A stretch of DNA of 64,000 bases from Candidatus Bathyarchaeia archaeon (GCA_050010755.1 JBEKKK010000001.1:160001-224000); one strand, 5' to 3'; shown: positions 38,844-47,831, numbered from the stretch's first letter. Notes: generated by a model not told the origin, from the sequence alone. Numbers and translations: made by a program.

Positions 38844-39495
38844 TCTACTTAGATAGACTATTACACACCAACTATTAAACTTTGCGGAGAATTACCCATG
38901 CACAAAACACCTTGAGCACAAACCCACCGCTAACCCTAGACTCGAACCTTATCAACACAATTTGTTAAAATCCGAGCGTAGAAAAGAAAGAGACAAATAC
39001 ACACTTTCATCTGGTTAGTGTGTAATAGTCTAGGTAGGTAGACAAGTGGTAGTAGTTAGTAGTAGGGAAAGCCTAGAGGACACCCGACACCCACCCAGAA
39101 CAGCTAAGTTATCACCCCAAAAACCCTCAAACCACTACTGAAAAACTACTTAATAGTGCTGAAAAAGGACGGGTGTGTTCATTTAAACGCGCCTATGTGG
39201 TGGATGTTGGCTTATGAATCTGGGTTGAACTATTCGTTTAATCGTACTAAAGTAATGATGTTTTCCATTCATTTAATCCATAATTGTAATGGTTCTCCAT
39301 GCACTCGAACGACTTTGAACGTGGCGCAACGGTTGAAATAGCCCAGAATCGGATTTAAGTCCCCCACTAGTGCCACATTCTAGCCCGTTTCAATCCGTAG
39401 CGTCCGTCCTTACACTTTTTGATAAGGGTTTGGTGGGTGTGGGGTTAGTCAGTAGCTACTGAAAAACTACTTACTAACTACTGAAAAGTGCTAAC
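38844..39495. promoter_or_regulatory. Repeat-rich non-coding control region of the element (candidate origin or divergent promoters)
   Basis: Inverted repeat TAGACTATTACACAC 38854-38868 / 39018-39032; direct repeat CTACTGAAAAACTACTTA 39135-39152 and 39456-39473. Confidence 0.55.
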
Positions 39496-39589
39496 TCGGG
39501 ACAGGGACGGGTTTAACTGTCACTAACTCTTTTTGTATAACTGTAGAATAACCTTTAAATACCTCAGAGTAATACATGTAATGTAAGTA

Positions 39590-39997
39590 ATGGTGATAAC
39601 CGTGGAAGTAACTACGATTTCAATTGACAGAAAGACGCTCGAAAAACTCAGTGTCATAGCGGTTAAAGCTAGCATGACGAAAACGGAGCTAGTGACCGCA
39701 TACGTTGACGCACTCTTTAAACTCATTGAAGAGGCACGACCACCGAGCCAAAAAATCAGCTTAACAACTTTTGACATTGACCTTTTACACGGCACACTCA
39801 AACAGTCGTTCGCCAATTTGTACGACATAACCGAGCTACCCGACTTTATTCAAAACTTCTATTCGTGCCAAAAATTCATTGAAGACGGAGAAGCTAAAAC
39901 CCGATTCTACACGAAAGAGGAACTACTGAAAGAGGGTTTCAACGGTGCAGACATTGACATTTTGCTAGATGAACAGAAAAGGAGATTTAAGAAATGA
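39590..39997 (+). CDS. CopG-like ribbon-helix-helix DNA-binding protein
   Basis: TTISIDRKTLEKLSVIA..ASMTKTELV pattern; TTTAAATA TATA box upstream. Confidence 0.6.
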   Translation: MVITVEVTTISIDRKTLEKLSVIAVKASMTKTELVTAYVDALFKLIEEARPPSQKISLTTFDIDLLHGTLKQSFANLYDITELPDFIQNFYSCQKFIEDGEAKTRFYTKEELLKEGFNGADIDILLDEQKRRFKK

Positions 39998-40623
39998 GCG
40001 AAGAAAACCAAGATAAGAAAGTAAAGGTTCAGATAGACGTAAACAACAAAGGAACAGAGGAATTAGTTAAGCTACTGAAAGAGAAAGAAGCTAAGGAAAA
40101 TGAAGGGTTCGACTTAGCTGGAAAAATCGCAGAGGCAAACGAAAAGTTTCACACTCAAATGTTTTCACAAGCACAAAACAGACAAATGTTAGCTTCAATG
40201 ATAACGTCTTTCGTTAACGACATAGCTTCACGCACAAACCCGACACCACCGAGCACAGGAACAGCACCGCTAAATGATGCTCAGTACGGAGCTAGACCTC
40301 AAGACCTCTATACTAAACCCTATACTGATTTTCAGAGTTTAGTTAAGGATTTGAGGGAAAAGGCGCGGAGCGGTTCAAAAGAAGCGGAAAGTTATCTTAA
40401 CTCACTTTTTGAGAAGCACCGAGAGCTTAAAATGCAAGACCCACACAGACCCGAGCCTAGTTATAACCCCAATTCACCAGAAGCCTTAGAAGAACTTAAC
40501 CTAGTGAAAAAGGACGGATTTCTAACACCCTCTAAGGTTGAGGACGGAGATTTAGGTCAATTGCAAAAGAAATGGCGTGAGGAAAGAAAAAGACAGAAAG
40601 AAGAGGGAGAAGTGAAGGCATAA
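39994..40623 (+). CDS. Hypothetical protein
   Basis: ATGA-coupled 209-aa ORF. Confidence 0.65.
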   Translation: MSEENQDKKVKVQIDVNNKGTEELVKLLKEKEAKENEGFDLAGKIAEANEKFHTQMFSQAQNRQMLASMITSFVNDIASRTNPTPPSTGTAPLNDAQYGARPQDLYTKPYTDFQSLVKDLREKARSGSKEAESYLNSLFEKHRELKMQDPHRPEPSYNPNSPEALEELNLVKKDGFLTPSKVEDGDLGQLQKKWREERKRQKEEGEVKA

Positions 40624-41162
40624 TGAGCACCAACCAAGACGATATAAAAACTTACGTAAATATGGGTAGGGTTTTCGAAGATGAAAAAGGAGAACTCTAT
40701 TTCATAAAAACAACTGAAAAACGAAAGTTCATAATGCGAAGTTCTGATAACGGAGAACCAATTTTTGAAAAGACACCGTGCGCAACAAAAGAAGAGCACG
40801 TTACACCGAGCGAACTAGGATTCACAAAAAAAGATACACGGGATATTTACGTTTATAAAACCGAAAACTCGGAGCTAGAAGAACAAACCGTTTATTATTC
40901 TATGACTCTCACGTTTGAAATTCCACAAGAAAAGAAATACAAAACCGCTTATCTCCGAAAAGCCAAAAGCGGAAGGGTGTTTCTTGTTTGGTTCGATAGT
41001 GGGTGTTCGAGTGAAGTTTCCGTTAATGATTCAGAGTTTTGTAAACGCTCGAAAGGTAAACGACTAGAACCCGACACTATCATAAACCGTAACGCTCCAA
41101 TTTTCACGCTTTCGGCAAGTGGAGAACTAGAACTTAGACTAGATTCAAGTAAGGTTTGGTAG
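40623..41162 (+). CDS. Hypothetical protein
   Basis: TAATG-coupled 179-aa ORF. Confidence 0.6.
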   Translation: MSTNQDDIKTYVNMGRVFEDEKGELYFIKTTEKRKFIMRSSDNGEPIFEKTPCATKEEHVTPSELGFTKKDTRDIYVYKTENSELEEQTVYYSMTLTFEIPQEKKYKTAYLRKAKSGRVFLVWFDSGCSSEVSVNDSEFCKRSKGKRLEPDTIINRNAPIFTLSASGELELRLDSSKVW

Positions 41163-41166
41163 GTAG

Positions 41167-41367
41167 GTGAAAAAGAAAATGGAAAACTTAGCGGAAGAGC
41201 AAAAGAAACGGATAGAGGAAGAAAAAAAGAAACGTCTTCAAACGATAGAAATTCAAGGACAAACCGAAGCACGAAAAAACGCAACGGATGACGGCAATAA
41301 GAAAGAACAAGATATACATGATGAAGTCGTAGAAGGCGAAGATTATCCGTTCACAGAAGGACGTTAG
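41167..41367 (+). CDS. Small charged hypothetical protein
   Basis: In operon orientation, SD AGGTGA. Confidence 0.5.
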   Translation: MKKKMENLAEEQKKRIEEEKKKRLQTIEIQGQTEARKNATDDGNKKEQDIHDEVVEGEDYPFTEGR

Positions 41368-41474
41368 AAAACATCACATCGTTCGTCCCACAACGAACGC
41401 ACGGTTAAGGGTTTTCTTTTGTGGTTTAGAAGGTTTTCCTTTAACCGTGCGCTCAAAATTATGAGGTTGAAAAT

Positions 41475-41711
41475 ATGAACAAAGAAGAACGAAAAGAATA
41501 TCATAAGCTGAAAATGCGTGAATTACGCAAAACCCCAGAATACAGACTTTATAATAGGCTTTATATGCGTGAATATAGGCGAAAACACCTTAAAAACCGA
41601 AAGCACCTTAAAACTTACTCAATTAAGGTTAATGCGCTCGGAATTGTGAAGGAAGAACAATTCGAAATTCCTACCGAACCCTTGAACGTGCCTAAAGAGG
41701 TTGTTGTTTAA
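41475..41711 (+). CDS. Small basic hypothetical protein
   Basis: YNRLYMREYRRK motif common in viral ORFs; SD GAGGT. Confidence 0.55.
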   Translation: MNKEERKEYHKLKMRELRKTPEYRLYNRLYMREYRRKHLKNRKHLKTYSIKVNALGIVKEEQFEIPTEPLNVPKEVVV

Positions 41712-42244
41712 TGTCGGACATTGACGAATACAACCAACTTAGCGCGGTTGACCAAGCATATATCAGCACTTATGGATGGGATATGTACCGCAAGAAGAAA
41801 GCACTCGAAGAGAACGGCAAGTTTCCAAGACAGCAACAGAGCACACCACAACCGCAAGAGGAAAGCATAGAAGAGACAGAACAAGAGGAAGAACCCGAGA
41901 CAGCAACAGACGAAGAAAAAGAAGAGTGGGAAAAAGAACTTGAAGAATCCGACTTTAAAGAGCGAAAAGAAAAGATTCTTGAAACTATCGAAGCCCAGCT
42001 TAAAGCGGAACAAGACACAGACGAATTAACATTATGGATTAAGTCAAACAAAGACCTTGAAACCCTTGTGAGAACTTTTCTAGGTTGCATAAAGACTCTT
42101 GGTAAATACAAAGACCCACAAAAAGCCACGATAATTATTAAGAAAAAGAACGAACGACTTTTCTTCAACTTTAAGTTGGTTGACGAAAACGGCGAAGATG
42201 TGATGTTCGACCCGAAAACAGGTAATGTGGCGAAGATAAATTGA
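41711..42244 (+). CDS. Acidic hypothetical protein
   Basis: TAATG-coupled, Glu-rich. Confidence 0.6.
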   Translation: MSDIDEYNQLSAVDQAYISTYGWDMYRKKKALEENGKFPRQQQSTPQPQEESIEETEQEEEPETATDEEKEEWEKELEESDFKERKEKILETIEAQLKAEQDTDELTLWIKSNKDLETLVRTFLGCIKTLGKYKDPQKATIIIKKKNERLFFNFKLVDENGEDVMFDPKTGNVAKIN

Positions 42245-42435
42245 AGTGCGCTTTTTGCGGTCAATCTCTCTATGGCTCATTAAGAGTTTATGATAGTAAT
42301 AGTCGTGCGTTTTGCAGTCGTGGCTGTAAAGAAGATTATCAGAGACGTATGGCTCAAATTGACAAGAAAAGACGTGCTCAGAGCATAGCTGAAAGGCAAC
42401 AAAAAAGGCTTATGGAGTGGACAGGAGACGATTAG
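42241..42435 (+). CDS. TRASH/MYM-type zinc-finger protein
   Basis: CAFCG...FCSRGC. Confidence 0.65.
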   Translation: MKCAFCGQSLYGSLRVYDSNSRAFCSRGCKEDYQRRMAQIDKKRRAQSIAERQQKRLMEWTGDD

Positions 42436-42634
42436 AAAAAGGTGGATTGACGTGTCCGCTTATGAGTGTGACCGCAAACGGACAAAGAACCTCAAATTCG
42501 CGTCCTATGTTCGAACCAAGCATAAGGCGAAAGTTGAAAGCGAAATGTTTCAGAAGGTGGCGTTTACTTGAACCCTAACCCGATTAAACCGATTTTACCA
42601 AACCCGAATAAAAAACCGAAAAAGAGGCTCTAAA

Positions 42635-42826
42635 ATGAATGTTGTATGCCTTATCACCCGTGCGAAAATTGACGCAATGTTTCAGAACTACACACCCGAA
42701 AACGTTGACAAAACTAAGGAAGAAATTAATCCTCACTTGTTGCGGTGTGCCGAGTGCCGAGAATATCTTAACGCTCAATTCGAAAAAAAGAGAATGGAGA
42801 ATGAAAAAAATGGCAATGGTTGTTAG
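42635..42826 (+). CDS. Small protein with H-x3-C-x2-C zinc motif
   Basis: HLLRCAEC. Confidence 0.45.
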   Translation: MNVVCLITRAKIDAMFQNYTPENVDKTKEEINPHLLRCAECREYLNAQFEKKRMENEKNGNGC

Positions 42827-43256
42827 CTACGGGAACCCGAGCGAGATAAAAGAGAAGTTCGAGTCGGAAGAACGAGTTAAGGCTCAACTTGCCGAAATTC
42901 GGGACGGGTTATGTGAGGAAATCATAAACGAGCTAGATTCTATAATGCAAAAAGTGTTAGCTAGTGCAATTGAACTTTGTCCTAAAGATACGGGTGCATT
43001 AGCATCGAGCATTAACTTAGAAGGTGGTGCAATTTCACAAGGAAATGATTTTTATGAGGCTAACATCTATGCTGGAAGTGACGATATTATTAATTACAAA
43101 ACGGGAAAAGCTACGTCTGAATATGCTCAATATGTTGAGGACGGACACGGAACTTATGAGGGTGTGCCGTTTCTTGAAGAGGCTATGATGAAATATGAGA
43201 ACGAGCTAGAACTAGCGGTAAACCGCGCCTTAGCTGAATTGTGCACGGGTGATTAG
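42801..43256 (+). CDS. HK97 gp10-like phage head-tail morphogenesis protein
   Basis: CPKDTGALASSI ... EYAQYVEDGH ... PFLEEA match the P.DTG.L..SI / YA.YVE.G / PFL..A signature; tracked start 42639 is probably too long. Confidence 0.75.
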   Translation: MKKMAMVVSYGNPSEIKEKFESEERVKAQLAEIRDGLCEEIINELDSIMQKVLASAIELCPKDTGALASSINLEGGAISQGNDFYEANIYAGSDDIINYKTGKATSEYAQYVEDGHGTYEGVPFLEEAMMKYENELELAVNRALAELCTGD

Positions 43257-43307
43257 ATGATAATCAATTTTTCAAAAAAAGTTCGCCTATGCGGAGCGTG
43301 TTAAAAG

Positions 43308-43685
43308 TTGACGGTTGAACCCTCAGAGGAAATTCGAAAGAAGGAACAAAAGGCAAGATGGAACCACACGGCATATTTGAAGAGGAAAGCGAAACAAGAA
43401 CCCGAAAAACTTAGCGATAATCAAGTGATAGAGCACACAAGCAACAAAGAACACTTCTTAGGAAAAAGCGAAAGCGAAGAGTTTCCAGAGCACCGCGCTT
43501 ATGCGGAAGTTTTCAGCACACCCAGAGACAGACTTTTAGAAGGTTTGAATCCTAGACCAATGATTAAAAGGTCAAGTGACGACCCGTTAGCTTATGGTGA
43601 AAAAGGCACGTTTATCTGTTCTATACATGGGTGTCCCTTAACTAAAAGAGGGTGTCCCGTGTGCAACGGAGAACAAGACGCTTAG
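43308..43685 (+). CDS. Hypothetical protein with C-terminal zinc finger
   Basis: CSIHG...CPVC. Confidence 0.55.
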   Translation: MTVEPSEEIRKKEQKARWNHTAYLKRKAKQEPEKLSDNQVIEHTSNKEHFLGKSESEEFPEHRAYAEVFSTPRDRLLEGLNPRPMIKRSSDDPLAYGEKGTFICSIHGCPLTKRGCPVCNGEQDA

Positions 43686-43840
43686 AAGTCACGGGAAAGC
43701 TGAACCAAGTTGAGAATGAAAATAGCAAAAAGCCTTGCCTCACCGCTATTAGACGAAATCGCCGCTCTAGGTTTTCGCACCTAGACAATAAGCGAAAGTT
43801 TGACTTTCCCGAGACAAATTAATAGAAAAAGGTAGGGTGT

Positions 43841-43990
43841 TTAAGGTACAAATTCGCTTTCTTCTTCTTCCTCATTGATTGTTGTGTCGTTTGGGGTTTC
43901 GGTTTCGTCCGTGGGTTCGTCTTGTTGGTTTTTTGGCACGGTAAGAAAAAGGCGAACGAAGACTTTCTTAAGTTTTTCTTTTGCGGTCAC
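43841..43990 (-). CDS. 49-aa acidic hypothetical protein (not in ORF track)
   Basis: GTGA overlap with upstream ORF; MTAKEKLKKVFVRLFLTVPKNQQDEPTDE... Confidence 0.4.
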   Translation of the reverse strand: MTAKEKLKKVFVRLFLTVPKNQQDEPTDETETPNDTTINEEEEESEFVP

Positions 43991-44292
43991 TCGAACACCT
44001 TCCTTCTTTTGACATCACTTAATATCACTTCTTTGCCTTTAACTAGCCAAGTCACACGGTAAACCCAATTTACTTTAGTATTTATTATTTCCGCATCTGG
44101 AAATTGCTCTCTAATGCTTTTGTAGATTAGCTTTCTCTCTTCTGGGTTTGGATATGTCTTTTCGTCCACATAGGCTGTTATGTCTGTTTTTTTGCCGTAT
44201 TTTTTCTCAATAGCCTTGATTTTGCGAGCAACTTCTAAATTAGTCTCTTCAATCAGCTTTTCCACGTCTTTTTTATAGTCATTCTTCACCAA
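43987..44292 (-). CDS. Hypothetical protein downstream of integrase
   Basis: SD AGGTGA, 101 aa. Confidence 0.6.
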   Translation of the reverse strand: MVKNDYKKDVEKLIEETNLEVARKIKAIEKKYGKKTDITAYVDEKTYPNPEERKLIYKSIREQFPDAEIINTKVNWVYRVTWLVKGKEVILSDVKRRKVFE

Positions 44293-44307
44293 GTTTTCAC
44301 CTTCTTT

Positions 44308-45405
44308 CTAGTCAACCTTCACTTTCTGTTTAATGTTCAATTTCTTCTCTATCAAGTCTCGGAAATCGTTAAGTTCGCCTATGCTCTTGCTCATAGTGTT
44401 TTGGTTCTTCCGCAATACCTCAATTTCGGCATCCTTAGAAGCTATTTCCTTTTCTAATCGTTGAACGGTTGCCTCTAGTGCCTCAATCTTAACGTGGTTC
44501 TTGCCGTTTCCGTTAATGATTATGCTCGGCATAGCCCTTAGATACACTTCTCTTAATTGGTCTTGGCTAACATAAGCACCCTCACTAATCGCCTTTCCGA
44601 CAATTTGTTTCCATTGGCTCTCACTAGCAACCGCGCTAAGACGGTCAATAAGATATTTTCTGAGGTTGTGAAATCTAACCCGTTTTTCTCCGCTTTCAAG
44701 ACGTGCCTTTTTGAAAAGGTTCTGAACACAAGCGGTTAAGTTTTCCTCATCCCAATCTAGCACTCGGTCACTATTTTTCTTATCTGGGTTTCGCTCTAGC
44801 ATTGCCTTAACGACTTGAACAGCGTCACTATCAAGAAACGGGTAAGCTGGAATATGCTCCTTACCCGTTGCTTTTTCGCCTAAGAAAACGGGTGCTTCAC
44901 TGTCTAAGTGAATGCTTCTAAAGTCTCCGAAAGTGTAGGTAACGAAATCACCAGCACGTAAGCCTATGCTTTTGCCGACAAGCAAAACGTAACGCTCAAT
45001 AAAAGAGCCTTGTTCAACCATTCGGGCTAAGTCTTCTTTCGCAAAAAGATAGTCTTGTGTCGTTCTGTTGCTTTCTTGAAGCCTATCGCTTTCTTGCCTT
45101 GTGAAGACTAGAGGCACACGTTTAGAAGTGAAAAAGCCTCTTATCGCCGAAACACCCACGTTAGCATAGTTCTCAGATTTTTTGCACTCGTTGATTATGT
45201 ACGCTTTAAAGTTCATAACTAGCTTTTCGGTTTCAGCGTCCTTATCAGCTTTCCTAAATTCCAAAAGTGCCTTTCCGTTCATATGGGAAAAGTTAATCCA
45301 ATATTTCAGAATCGACCCGTAAGCGTTCTTACTGTTTGGCTTTAGGCTGTTCAAGAATGCCGTAAACTCAGAATCAAGTTTTTCTTCGCATTTTATTGCT
45401 TTCAT
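44308..45405 (-). CDS. Tyrosine recombinase/integrase
   Basis: SIGLRAGD (Arg I), FHNLRKY (HxxR), IVGK...AYV (Tyr), N-terminal SAM-like domain; start MKAIK at 45405. Confidence 0.9.
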   Translation of the reverse strand: MKAIKCEEKLDSEFTAFLNSLKPNSKNAYGSILKYWINFSHMNGKALLEFRKADKDAETEKLVMNFKAYIINECKKSENYANVGVSAIRGFFTSKRVPLVFTRQESDRLQESNRTTQDYLFAKEDLARMVEQGSFIERYVLLVGKSIGLRAGDFVTYTFGDFRSIHLDSEAPVFLGEKATGKEHIPAYPFLDSDAVQVVKAMLERNPDKKNSDRVLDWDEENLTACVQNLFKKARLESGEKRVRFHNLRKYLIDRLSAVASESQWKQIVGKAISEGAYVSQDQLREVYLRAMPSIIINGNGKNHVKIEALEATVQRLEKEIASKDAEIEVLRKNQNTMSKSIGELNDFRDLIEKKLNIKQKVKVD

Positions 45406-45484
45406 TCTCACACTTTCCTTATGAAGTATTACGACACCGAGTCTTTTAAATGTTTGGTCTAAACCGACAATTTTTAGCGGTAAA

Positions 45485-45526
45485 TACAACATTACATCAG
45501 ATGTAAAGAAAAAAAAGGGAGGGGGG
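45485..45526 (+). repeat. Right half of polar repeat copy 5 (attR)
   Basis: TACAACATTACATCAGATGTAAAGAAAAAAAAGGGAGGGGGG, lacking the 5' half found at 36121. Confidence 0.85.
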
Positions 45527-45625
45527 CACCGTTCAACGCTTAAAACCGTGCAACCCAACACGATGTTAAGGACAAACCAAAAACGAGAACAAGCCATCGC
45601 ATGAACACCGCCCAAACACCGGAGA

Positions 45626-45767
45626 TGGTGCGGGGGATGGGGTTTGAACCCATGCAGCCCTACGGCAACAGGTCTCTTAAAACGCAGCCTATTCCGAATG
45701 CAAATCTTTTGTTCTGGGCGGCGTTCTCCTAAGCCTGTCTCCTTTGGCCAAACTCGGACACCCCCGC
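45626..45767 (-). tRNA. tRNA-Leu(UAG) with 54-nt canonical 37/38 intron (45674-45727), CCA encoded
   Basis: GCGGGGG acceptor, ACAGG-CTTAGG^A-CCTGT anticodon arm, long variable arm, GGTTCAAACC; BHB central helix CTTA/TAAG. Confidence 0.95.
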
Positions 45768-45913
45768 CTAATGGGGAAGGTTCACTCTTGAATCAGCATC
45801 TTCTTTTATATTTGTTTAGTCTGTAACGATCCTTCACTTTTAGTCATGCTAAAGGGTTATATTTGATCATTTTGTATGATAAAGTGACCGGTAGTCTCGG
45901 GAAAGGTGAAAAA

Positions 45914-46504
45914 ATGAAAAATGATAAGCAACGCGAGCATCAAGTGCAAAAGACTGTTTCAGAAGTTCAATCCGAGATAGCGCCCCTGAAACACACTGAA
46001 GCAGCAGTTCTCTCGGAGTTGATCGCCAATTCTAGAAGAAGCGACAGAGAATTGGCCAAGGCCGTCGGAGTTTCCCAGCCAACGGTGAGCAGGATGATCA
46101 AAAGGCTGGAAAGTGACGGAATAGTGAACGAATACACGATGATACCCAATTTCAAGAAACTGGGTTACACGCTCTGCGCAATCATTTTCCTAAAACTCAA
46201 AGATCTTCCACCTGGAGGAATCGAAACGGTAAGAGAGGCCGTGAAAGAAAGTTTAAGCCAGAGCCGCTTCGTAATTCTCCTGCTCGAAAGAGGTTTAGGG
46301 CTAGGCCGAGATGCAGTAATGGTATGCCTCTACAAGGACTACACAGCATATGCTGACCACAAGAACGTAATCAGAAAATTCCCCTACATCGACGCCTCAG
46401 AAGTCGATAGTTTCCTAATAGATCTGTGCGATGACGTTCATTATCGGTACCTCACGTTTGCGAACTTGGCCAAAGATCTAATATCCGTCGCCCAAAAAGA
46501 ATGA
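45914..46504 (+). CDS. Lrp/AsnC family transcriptional regulator
   Basis: NSRRSDRELAKAVGVSQPTVSRMIKRLE..GIV..Y. Confidence 0.88.
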   Translation: MKNDKQREHQVQKTVSEVQSEIAPLKHTEAAVLSELIANSRRSDRELAKAVGVSQPTVSRMIKRLESDGIVNEYTMIPNFKKLGYTLCAIIFLKLKDLPPGGIETVREAVKESLSQSRFVILLLERGLGLGRDAVMVCLYKDYTAYADHKNVIRKFPYIDASEVDSFLIDLCDDVHYRYLTFANLAKDLISVAQKE

Positions 46505-46585
46505 ACCATGAAGACAGAACACTGAAAAAGGCGATTGGACAGAAAACTCTAAATTTCATAGAATCCTTTTCAAACGAGAGTCTGC

Positions 46586-46662
46586 GCCTCGGTAGCCTAG
46601 CCTGGTGGGGCTCCGCCTTGGTAAGGCGGGGGTCGCGGGTTCAAATCCCGCCCGAGGCTCCA
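46586..46662 (+). tRNA. tRNA-Thr(GGU), CCA encoded
   Basis: GCCTCGG/CCGAGGC acceptor, CCGCC-TTGGTAA-GGCGG, GGTTCAAATCC. Confidence 0.96.
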
Positions 46663-46925
46663 CACTCTTGAACTAAAAGGAAGAATCAACGTTTTGAGGT
46701 TAATAGTCACTTCAGGATAAGTCAATTCTTTATACAGGCATGGCGGCACATAAAAAGCTGCGTTGCTAACCAAACGTGTGGACTCGCCCAAGTTGAGAGT
46801 ATCAGTAGGGCCACTTCACCGCATCTGGGAATGGATTACTCGCAGGCGAGCGTGTGTGCTCGGGCGCAGTCACAAGCATTTATTAGGACTTTAACAAGCT
46901 TGAAACTTTCGAAGCACAGGAATGC

Positions 46926-47831
46926 TTGCCGCATTTCAAAGCTTGGTGTTTGATTATGTCGCCCGATGAAGGGATTGGAAAGTTTGCGAGTAACCCGTTC
47001 ACGATGAAGGGCAAAGTCCTCTTGAGCAAAGTTGCGACTACGGGAGACGTGAAGACAGACATTCTTAGGGCGGTCGACAGGATTGGCGGTTTCAACAAGA
47101 TCATAGACAAGGGTGACCAAGTTTTGCTTAAGCCCAACTTCAACAGTGCCGATCCTCCGCCCGCTTCGAGCGATCCTGAATTTCTCAAGGCAATTGTGGA
47201 GCTGCTTTTTGAACACGGCGCCGGAAAAGTCATCCTAGGAGAATCTTCCTGGCAAGCTCTTGCCACTCGGAAAGCGCTGGAAAAAACTGGAACACTCTCC
47301 ACACTGAAAGGCACGAATGCGGAAATCGCGTTTTTTGACGAAGAAAAACACGTTAAAGTCAACGTGGGCGGAAAATATCTAAAACAGGTCAGCCTGGCAG
47401 AACGAGCCATGCAAGTTGACAAGATAGTGTATTCGTGCTGCATGAAAACGCATTTCCGCGCCGATTTCTCGCTCAGTCTGAAGCTGGCCTTCGGGTTCAC
47501 AAAAAAGAGCGAAAGAATGGCATTTCACCTCAGACATTTGAGAGAAAAACTCGTCGATCTAAACTTGGTTGTGCATCCAAACCTGATAATCATGGACGGA
47601 AGAAAATGCTTCATAACCGGAGGACCCTTCAGCGGAGAAGTTCGAAACCCAAACCTCATTCTTGCCTCAGGAGACAGAATCGCCATCGACGTCGAATCCA
47701 TCAAAATCATCGAAAGCTTCGAAGGCTCCAAACTCATGGACAGCCCATGGAGCTACACTCAAATCCGCCACGCAATAACCCTAGGTCTAGGAGTAAAAAA
47801 CGAACAGGAATACACAGTACTATCTGAATAG
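46926..47831 (+). CDS. DUF362 domain protein
   Basis: VLLKPNFN, MKTH, DRIAID; likely start near 47004. Confidence 0.85.
   Translation: MPHFKAWCLIMSPDEGIGKFASNPFTMKGKVLLSKVATTGDVKTDILRAVDRIGGFNKIIDKGDQVLLKPNFNSADPPPASSDPEFLKAIVELLFEHGAGKVILGESSWQALATRKALEKTGTLSTLKGTNAEIAFFDEEKHVKVNVGGKYLKQVSLAERAMQVDKIVYSCCMKTHFRADFSLSLKLAFGFTKKSERMAFHLRHLREKLVDLNLVVHPNLIIMDGRKCFITGGPFSGEVRNPNLILASGDRIAIDVESIKIIESFEGSKLMDSPWSYTQIRHAITLGLGVKNEQEYTVLSE

Larger units (their letters stand above)
36157..45492. mobile_element. ~9.3 kb integrative element with tyrosine recombinase (satellite or defective provirus-like)
   Basis: 8-bp direct repeats TACAACAT at 36157-36164 and 45485-45492; inverted TTGTCGGTTTA (36177-36187) / TAAACCGACAA (45460-45470); integrase at right end; visibly AT-richer, short orphan ORFs. 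Confidence 0.88.

Noticed and set aside
45406-45615. 70-aa N-terminal extension of the integrase in the ORF track
   Set aside because: It reads through attR and the repeat (PPPFFFFTSDVML is the repeat's reverse translation, also seen in other spurious ORFs)
45626-45767. tRNA-Leu as the attachment site of the adjacent integrase element
   Set aside because: No duplicate of either tRNA half was found at the left boundary; the boundaries are explained by the split repeat and TACAACAT direct repeat
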